Below, piece after piece: positions 11,701-21,000 of a DNA stretch of 42,721 nucleotides. Position numbers and translations under genes: made by a program. Origin of the DNA: Octopus bimaculoides (Eukaryota); assembly GCF_001194135.2 (NCBI RefSeq), contig NC_069000.1, positions 34,097,584-34,140,304 on the forward strand, read 5' to 3'. The notes beneath the pieces are model-generated. The model was not told the origin of the DNA. It searched no databases and saw only the letters and a program-made list of their open reading frames with translations. Every line of letters begins with the position of its first letter. The stretch's first letter is position 1.

Positions 11701-14098
11701 AACTGTTGGAATGTCTAGTGGAAGCTGGCAACTGACAGACCGTTTAGCAGAAGCAATTGGAGGTATATTTTTGCTTCATTTTCAGAATATCTACACATTA
11801 AAGAAAGTGAATGTGGAATTGGAGATAACTGATGAAACATCCAAAGGAAGCTGAGTATCTAATTTTGACACATTTCAACAGAATGGAATATGTGCAACTA
11901 AAGAGTAATACCAGTTTTATAATGGTCCTATTACTGATGGAGACTAGTGATGACTGTGCCATCTAAGGCTGTGACTGTGTGATGACCTGTGAAACAAAAG
12001 TGGAGGCTTGTTTTGCTTCATTTTCAGGCTATTTGTATCAGATCATTAGCAGCTACATATTAACAACAGTGACTGGAAATAATTAACTGTGATGGAACAT
12101 CCAAATGAAACTGATGATGAGAACAAAGCATCTAACGACTGTGATGCACCAAATGGAAAATGGTAACAATTGTGGTGAAATATGTGCATCTGAAGATGAA
12201 TACCAACCTTATGATGGCCCTGCATTGAGGTATCTACATTTGTAGCTTGTTGATGATGACCTGAGAGACAAGAAGTGGAGATATATTCTGTTTCATTTTC
12301 AGGTTTATTGTCATTTGAATAATGCTTGGCAGTCAATTGTTGAGATGTAACACAAGAGAATTTCCACATAGCACTGATGTCTAGTGTCCAATATATGTGA
12401 TAGCTGGTGATGATTTGAACTTCTGGAGGCAGATTTGTGTATTGAAGAGAGTGTGACCTGTCATTGCTGATTTGTGAAACTGGAAGAAGAGGTGGGTTTT
12501 TCATGTGCAACTATAGATAAGTATGGAATATGGAGCAGAGAAATTGTGACTGCATGAAGACTATGGAAGTATAGAGCAGAACCTGATGATAGCCCTGTGA
12601 CTGAGTGGTGACTTGTGAAGCAAAAAGAAGTGGAGGCTTGTTTTACTTTATTTTCAGGCTATTGGTATCTACATATTAACAAAATTGAATGTGTATGTAA
12701 CTAACAAGAAACTTGTGGAAACTGTGACAGAACATGAAAGAAGTTGGTGGCAATTGTGGACCATCTTATGGAAGCTGGTGAAAACTGATGAAAATAACAC
12801 TACCCTGAGGTATCTAAGATTGTTGCTTACCATTGTGACTTGAGGGACAAGAAGTGGAGGTAGATTTTGTTTGATTTTCTTTATGTGACTGATCTTTGCC
12901 AATCAGGTCGTAATATGTAAAACAGTATTTCTACATACAATGGCAATGTCTAATGATTGCTTTGAATATCTGAAAGATTTATGTATTGAAGAGACTGTAG
13001 CACATCAGTGCTTATTTGTAAGCTTGAAAGAAGAGGTGAGTTTTTTTTTTCTTTTCAGATATTTTCTTTTGCAGATACCATGTCTTGGTGTGGGGACTTG
13101 TGTATCTGGTACCAGGTGTTTACTGTGTAACAACAATGATTATCAACTATTGGACTTCAGATGTGAGAGAGGAAAAGAAAAATCCATGGATTGTGAAAGA
13201 GAATATATGAGGATATCTACAATTGACACAGCTGGTGAGAACTATGTGGTGGAACATTGTTGACAAGAAACTGGTGGCAAGCGTCTTCATGAAACATCTC
13301 AAGATTGACGGCTGTGTTGTGAAATACCTACTGGAAACTGGGGACAAACTAGTGGAGCAGCTGATTGAAGTTGGTGAGAACTGTAATTGTGCATAAAATC
13401 AAGACAACTATCGTGCTGCAAACAGAAGCTGATGACAACTAGTGGTGGCAACTATGATGGAATATTTAATAGAAGCTAGTGATGAATATGACAAAAAAAT
13501 ATTTAATGGAAACTGGTGACATTCATTTCCAATTTCATTAGTATCTTATCTTGCATAGGCAAGGCCAATATAAGAGACAGTAAAATGGAGACAAAGACAT
13601 TCAGTGTTCAGCACATGATGTACTATCTTTCACTTACTGCTTTTTCCACTACAACACATTGTGATTACATCGTAGATCAGAAGCAGCTTTTGTTTGATTG
13701 ATTTTCAGTTATATAGGAATCTCAAAGATAATTTTAATAGTCAACTGGCGTTATGTACAATAACAGCATATATGCATTTAGCAATTGTAAAATGAAGCTT
13801 GTACATGTCTGATTGCAAGCTAGTGACAGATCATCTTCAGGAAATTTGTGAGTTATAAATCATAAATGGAAATTGATGATGGAGCATACACTATAGAAAT
13901 TGATAACATGACAAAACATTTAATGAAAGCTTGTGTCAATTAAGTGGTAGAACATTAGTGGAAATTAATAGCATCTGCTTGATGAAACATCTATAAATTG
14001 ATTGGTAATTATATGTTGGAACAACCTTTACAAAACACTGGTGACAACTTCAATAGAGAATATGTAAGTGAAGACTTATGAAATGTTCCAGAGAGAAA

Positions 14099-14152
14099 GC
14101 AGATGGAAGATATCATGAGGAATATGTCAGCCTCATGATATCTTCCACCTGC
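14099..14152. other. Near-perfect hairpin: 22-bp stem, 10-nt loop (pre-miRNA-sized; function unknown)
   Basis: Arms GCAGATGGAAGATATCATGAGG (14099-14120) and CCTCATGATATCTTCCACCTGC (14131-14152) pair at 21/22 positions. The mismatch is A:C on + and a G.U wobble on -. Confidence 0.9.
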
Positions 14153-15176
14153 AACTTGCTACAGTGGGAAGCAGCATTAAGCAGTAAACTGAGGTCATTA
14201 GAAAACAATTGTGATGAATTGTTGGTATGATGAATCCTGTAATCTATTGATTAGTGCCAACTTCATGGGATACTTTTCTACTGTTGTTACCTCTGTTTAA
14301 ATATGTAATTATGAAATTGTCATCAAATCAATTACAGATACTTTGACCCAATTTGTTGATGTTACAAAGTGGAACAGTCTCTTGATAGTCAAGTTATGGT
14401 GATACCAAAAAGACAATTGCAGAATAGTGCAAACATCTATGACTCAATGTTACAATACAACAGAGCAGAGAATATGTGACTGAGATATGGTACCAAAAAC
14501 AGGAAGGAGCAAATCTATAATTGATAAATGCTGATGACAATTAATAATAGGTCAGAAAGATATAAACAAAAACCAGCAACAGATACTGTAAAAACTAGAT
14601 GGGAGCTTTTTGTGACTTAAGATATGGTGTAAAACGGAAGATGAAGTAGAGCATCTGAAATGAGGACAATCCCAATCCAGTCATAAGTTTGAGCAAAGCA
14701 ACTACAATTTAGATGTGTTTTAAACGGATTTGATGAAAATCTGTGACTAAGATGGTGATAACAGCAACATGGTTAAGGAGAGCATCTGATTGACATGATG
14801 ACAAATTAGCAATGGAGAGATACTATGTGATTATTAATCAAGTAACAACCACCAGATCTTCAAATGTCATCCTGTCTCTGTTGAATAATGTTTTGACTAA
14901 AATGCTTTCAAGTTACAGTGTGAACAAGCTACATGAAGCATCTGTGACTGGATATGATGACAAAATTCATAAGGTTGATTGAAGTAATGAAGACATTGGC
15001 AAACAATGAACCTTGATATGTGATGATGAAGTGGAAAGAAGCATCTGTGAAACATTTCGACATTACTTGGTTGGTGTAATGGTGAGAATAGCAACTTAGA
15101 CTGAAATAAGGTCACAAGAAGATGGGGAATCTGACAATATTTTGAGGAGGATTACAATAGCTAGTGACTTAGAGTA

Positions 15177-15775
15177 CTTGGTTGTCACACATGAAATGTC
15201 ACATTTTTAATTACATATTTCAATCATTTAAAAACTCAACTATGTATACCCTTGCATTTCATCTTACCACCATTGCACTCTAAAAAGTTAATGGTTACTG
15301 TATGGTGGTCTGCAAAGGTGATTATTCATTTTTACAACAAGGAAAAATGGTAACAGCAACATTGTATTGTCAGGAGATTGATTGTATGCATGAGAATTTG
15401 GAAAAAAGCAACCCAGACTTGTGAATAGAGATGGCCCAATCTTGCTCTCTAACAATGCATGTCTTCACACTTCTCAAGCTATAATCCAAAAGTTGCAAAG
15501 CCTGAACTAAGATTTTGCAACATCCTCTCTATTCCCTAGATATTTCTCCTACTGATTATTGTTTAAGCATTTTGATCTTTTCATGTGCAATAAAACATTC
15601 ATACATAGAGAAGAGGTAATAGGAGCATTCGGACAGCTTATCACAGCAAAAAATGAAATTTTTTTATTTGAAGGTATGAACATGGATCATACTTTGATTA
15701 AATAAATCAGTTCTCTAACACTTCTGAAGCATTTTATTGTTACCTTTCAAATACATTTCATGTGTGACAACCTAA
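15177..15775 (+). mobile_element. Internally deleted mariner (Tc1/mariner) element with both TIRs
   Basis: 23-bp TIRs at 15177-15199 and 15753-15775 (21/23 match), each flanked by TA. The decayed C-terminal transposase reads KKLMVTVWWS (~15282), RLVNRDGPILLSNNA (~15416) and QHPLYSLDISPTDY (~15518), resembling mariner KKVMxxVWW, HDNA and HPPYSPDLAPSDY. It has stops and frameshifts and lacks the N-terminal half. Confidence 0.88.
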
Positions 15776-16679
15776 TACAACATTTGTGATTGGACATAGT
15801 GACAATGGGTCAAGAAATAGGAGACACTACATATTCATCCACCAACTAGAAATAGTTAAATCTTCCTGGGAATGATATGTACAGAAAAGATGAAGTTGAG
15901 AATCCATAATTGAGGTTCTGTGACTTGACATGATGTCAATAGGAACACAATGCGTCTGAGGAGGAGAGTAACTGTGACTGACATGTGACAACTGGTACAT
16001 GGGAAAGAATAACTGTGACTGGCATATGGAGACTACAGGGACATGGAGCAAATCAACTGTGACTTGGATTTGGTGACAACAGGAACATGAAGCAAAGGCA
16101 TATGAGAGGGCAACAGAAACATGGAGAAGAGCAATTGTGACGTAGAAGTGTTGACAACAGGAGCAAGCAGAAGAGCAACTGTGATGAGAATCTAGGGACA
16201 ACTTCAAGATGGAGTGGAGCAACTATAACTGGAGTGTGATGACATCGGGGAGATAGAAGTGAAGAACTGTGATAGCATTGACAGAGGGGCATGGAAAAGA
16301 ACACTCATATCTGGTGTGTGATGACAACTGGTACATCAGGAAAAGCAACTGTCAAGAGAATTTGACTGCATGAACATGAAGCAGAGCAAATGTGACACTG
16401 CTGTGCTGACAACAGAAAGGTGGATGAGAGCAACTATCAGAGGTAGTGACAACAGGAGGATGCAGAAGATAAAGTGCAGTCAAGATGTGGTAGTGGCAAT
16501 TGGAATTTGGAGCAGAGCAACTTCAATTGAAGTGTGGAGGCAGCAGGAAGATGGAATTCATTAACTGAGACTAGAATATAGTGATATGAAGAAAAGTGAG
16601 TGCAACTGTAGCTGAGGACTGATGATGATAGAAAGTGACTAATGCATGTGGTGACAAGAGTGTGTGATAAATGCACCAT

Positions 16680-18080
16680 GGAGCAGAGCAACTATGACTT
16701 CGACTTGGTGGGNNNNNNNNNNNNNNNNNNNNNNNNNNNNNNNNNNNNNNNNNNNNNNNNNNNNNNNNNNNNNNNNNNNNNNNNNNNNNNNNNNNNNNNN
16801 NNNNNNNNNNNNGGAATGTGGTAACAACAACAAACGGAACAGAGCAACTGTGACTGGGATTTTGTGACAGCAAGAACATGAAACAGTGCAACTGTGACTG
16901 GAATGTGGTAACAACAGCAAGACGGACCAGAGCAACTGTGACTGGGATTTGGTGACAGCAAGAACATGCAGCAGACCAACTGTGACTGGGATTTGATGAC
17001 AGCAAGAACATGAAGCAAAGCAACTGTAACTTGGATTTGGTGACTGCAAGAACATGGAAGAGAGCNNNNNNNNNNGCAAGAACATGGAAGAGAGCTACTA
17101 TTACTTAGATTTGGTGACAGCAAGAACATGCAGCAGACCAACTGTGACTGGAATGTGGTAACAACAGCAAGACAGAACAGAGCAACTGTGACAGCAGGAA
17201 CATGAAGCAGAGCTACTATTACTTAGATTTGGTGACAGCAAGAACATGCAGCAGAGCGACTGTGACTGGAATGTGGTAACAGCAGCAAGATGGAACAGAG
17301 CAACTGTGACTGCGATTTGGTGACAGCGGGAACATGAAGCAGAGCAACTGTGACTGGAATGTGGTAAGAACACCAAGATGGAATAGAGCAGCTGTGACTG
17401 GGATTTGATGGCAACAAGAACATGGAGCAGAGCTACTATTACTTAGATTTGGTGACAGCAAAAACATGAAACAAAGCTACTATTACTTAGATTTGATGAC
17501 AGCAAGAACATGAAGCAGAGCAACTGTGACTGGGATTTGATGATATCAGGAACATGAAGCAGAGAAACTGACTGGAATGTGGTAACAGCAAGATGGAACA
17601 GAGCAACTGTGACTGGAATGTGATAACAACAGAAAGATGGAACAAAGTAACTGTGAGTGGGGTTTGATGACAGCAAGATCATAGAGCAGAGCTACTATTA
17701 CTTAGATTTGGTGACATCAGGAACATGAAGCAAAGATACTATTACTTAGCTTTGGTGACATCAGGAACATCAAGCAGAGCAACTGTGATTGGAATGTGGT
17801 AACAACAGCAAGATGGAACAGAGCAACTGTGACTGGGATTTGGTGACAGCGGGAACATGAAGCAGAGCAATTGTGACTGGGATTTGATGGCAGCAAGAAC
17901 ATGGAGCAGAGCTACTATTACTTAGATTTGGTGACAGCAGGAACATGAAGCAGAACAACTGTGACTGGGATTTGATGACAGCAAGAACATGAAGCAGAGC
18001 AACTGTGACTAGGATTTGATAACAGACATATGGAGCAGAACAAGTATGACTGCGATTTGATGACAGCAGGAACATGGAGC
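16680..18080. repeat. Young 44-bp minisatellite within array B, three unit subtypes, ~30 units; N gaps at 16713-16812 and 17066-17075
   Basis: GAGC unit start at 17298, 17342, 17386 and 17430. Subtypes: ..TGTGACTGGAATGTGGTAAC.., ..TGTGACTGGGATTTGGTGAC.., ..CTACTATTACTTAGATTTGG.. Confidence 0.93.
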
Positions 18081-21000
18081 ACAGAAACTGTAACCAGAAT
18101 GTGGTGACATCTACAAGTTCTAGCAGAGCAACTTTCTGGGTTTTGATGACAAGAAGCTGGTGACAACATCAAGGTGGAGCAGAGCAACTATGGCTTAGGT
18201 GGCAATAGGTGTGTGAAGTAGAGCAACTGCAGCCAGAATTTTGTGATGACAGCAAGTTAGAGCAGAGCAAAGCAACTGTGACTGGGGTTTGGTGACAGCA
18301 GGAACATGGAGCAGAGCAACTGCGACCAGAATGTGGCGTCAACAAAGTAGAACAGGAACATGGAGCAGAACAATTATGACTGGAATCTGTAAACTACGGA
18401 GCATGGAGCAGAACTGCTGTGAAGTCAGTTTGGTGACAAGAAGAGTGATTGTGACTGATGCAGAAAAGGGGCGGCAGTTTGGTGACAAGAAGGGTGATTG
18501 TGACTGATGCAGAAAAGGGGCGGCTGTGGTATAGAGGTGTTGACAGTAGGAACAAAAGTAAGAGCAAGTGTAACAGAATGTGGTGGCAACAGTAAGGTAG
18601 AGCAGAGCAACTTCAACTGGAGTCTGGTGACAGTAGGAAGAATAAAATGAGCAACTGTGATAGCATTGACAGAGAAGTGACTAGGATTTATTGACAACAA
18701 GAGCATGAAGCAAAGCAAATGTCACTGGGTTGTGGTGGCAATAGGAATATGGATGAGCTTTGAGTTCAGGTGACACTACAGAAGGAAGATGAAGTGGAAC
18801 AGTCGTCAGGTGATGATGACTAGATGGAGTATAGCAACTTGACTGAGAATTGGTTTCAACAAGAATGTGGAGCAGAACAACTGTGATATGTGATGGCAAC
18901 AAGGACATTGAGAAGAGCAACTGTGAGTAGAATGTGTTGATAACAGCAAGGTGGAGTAGAGCACTTATGACTAGACTGTGGAACATGGAGCAGAGTAACA
19001 GTGACTGGAGTGACATAACAACAGGAATGTGCAGCAAGGGACAGCAGGAAGATGGATGAGCAACTGTGACTGGCATGTAATGATATGAAGATACGTAAGT
19101 GCAACTCTACTTGAGAACTGATGATGATAAAGAGTAACTGCATGTGGTAATGACCACACCATGGAGCAGGGCAACAATGGCTAGGATCTGGTGAAAAGAG
19201 AAACATGGAGCAGAGCAACTGTGATGGATGTGTTGACAAAAATATGGAGAAGGGAAACTGTGACATAAAGGTGTTGACAACAGGAACAAACAGAAGAGCA
19301 ACTATGACTAGAATGTGGTGACAATTGCAAAATGATGAATGGGACATGGAGCAGATCAATTTCAACTGGAGTGTAGTTACAGCAAGGGGAGGGAGCAAAG
19401 CAACTGTGAATTGAGGTGTCATGACCACAATTTGACATAGAACAGCAGTGACAGCAGAGCAACAATGACGTTTGTGACGGCAACTGGAAGATTTAAAGAG
19501 TAACTGAATGACATGTGACAACTGGTATATGGTGAAGACCAACTGGAATATGCAGACATGGAGCAGCTGTGACATAAAAGTGCTGACAACAGGAAGAAAC
19601 AAAAGAGCAACTATGACCAGAATGTAATGAAAATAGCAAGATGGAGTGGAGCATCTTTGACTGGAATGTGGTGATGAATGGAACATGGAGCAGAGCAACT
19701 TTAACTGGTGTATGATGGGAGCAGGAAGATGGAAATGAATGTTTGGCAAGAAAAGTATTTGAGAAGAGCAACTGTGGGCTATGGTCATCAAAGCAGCATG
19801 GAAGAAAGCAAGTGTGAGTTAAAGTGCAGGAAGATGGCAGAAAATGAAGTGGCAACGAGAACATGAAGCAGAGCAATGGTGACTTGGATTTGGTGACAAC
19901 AGGAAGATGAAGAAGAGCAACTGTGATGGATGTGTTGGCAACAAGAACAAGGAAGAGCTGCTGTGACATGAATGTGTTGACATCAGGAACAAACAGAAGA
20001 GCGGCTGCGACTGGAATGTGGTGACAGCAGGAAGATAAAAGTGAGCAACTATGAATTGTGGTGGGGTGACCACAAGATGACATAAAAAGTGGTGACAGCA
20101 TGGCAACAGAAAGATTGAAGTAGAGCAACTGTAGGATGTAGTGATCAGAAAAGAGCCATTGCATCTGGCATATGGTGACAATGAGTACATGGAAGAGAGC
20201 AGCTATACCATGAATGGAATATGGAAACTGCAGGAACATGAACAAAGCAAGTGTAACTTGGATTTGGTAACAGGAAGATGAAGAGCAGCTGACAGGTGTG
20301 TTGGCAATAAGAACGTGAAGAGCAGCTGTGAGATCGAGGTGTTGAGAACATGAACAGACAGAGAAGCAGCTGTGACTTGAATGTGATGAAAACAAGATGG
20401 AATGGAGCAGAGCAATTTTAACAGGAAATTGGTGACGACAAAAAGATTGGAGCAGAGCAACTGTGGGATATGGTGATCAGAGCATCATAGGAGAGAGCAA
20501 CAATAAAAGGAATGTGACAACAGGAAGATGGATGATAGCAAGTGTTGGTTGAGTTGCTGAGACTGCAGGAAGATGAAGCAGAGGAACTGTGATGTATGTG
20601 ATGGCAACAAGATTTGGAGAACAGCTGTAAATGGTACATGGGAGAGAGTGACCATGACTGGAATGTGGAAAATACAGAAACATGGAGCAGAACAATCTTT
20701 ACTGGAATATGGAGGCTGCAGGAACATGAAGCTGAGCAAATGTGACTTGGATTTGGTGACAACAGGAAAATAAAAAAAAAGCAACTGTGACTGGCATGAG
20801 GTGACAACTGGTACATGAGAGAGAGACCAACTGACTGGAATATGGAAACTACAAGAACATGGAGCAGGGCACCTGTGATGGCAACAGGAACATTGAAAAG
20901 AGTAGCTATGACTAGAGTATGGTGAGGTGACAACAGCAAGATGGAGTGGAACATAAAGCAGAGCAACTTTAACTGGAGTGTAGTGACAGCAGGAAGAGGG

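Larger units (their letters stand above)
1..13520. repeat. Array A: long degenerate higher-order tandem array (core GGCAACTG(T)GATGGAACATCT) with recurring longer modules; begins before the window
   Basis: The core recurs every ~25-35 bp. About 22 copies of module M1 (..AAGAAGTGG-tttgcttcattttcagG) and about 18 of module M2 (..GAAAGAAGAG-gtgagttttcttttcag-atattttcttttgcag-ATAAG) are interleaved. The + strand is G>C skewed (line 2101-2160: A21 G18 T13 C8). Confidence 0.92.

Noticed and set aside
655-13035. M2 upstream segment (..LKRLAHHCLFVRLKEE|GT) as a tandem array of coding exons
   Set aside because: The frame is broken by stops (copies at ~1172, ~6345) and 2-nt indels. The segment 1012-1242 between acceptor and donor has stops in all three frames.
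1701-18080. Regular 31-44 bp repeats as a CRISPR array
   Set aside because: Units are contiguous with no unique spacers, there are no cas genes, and the context is eukaryotic.
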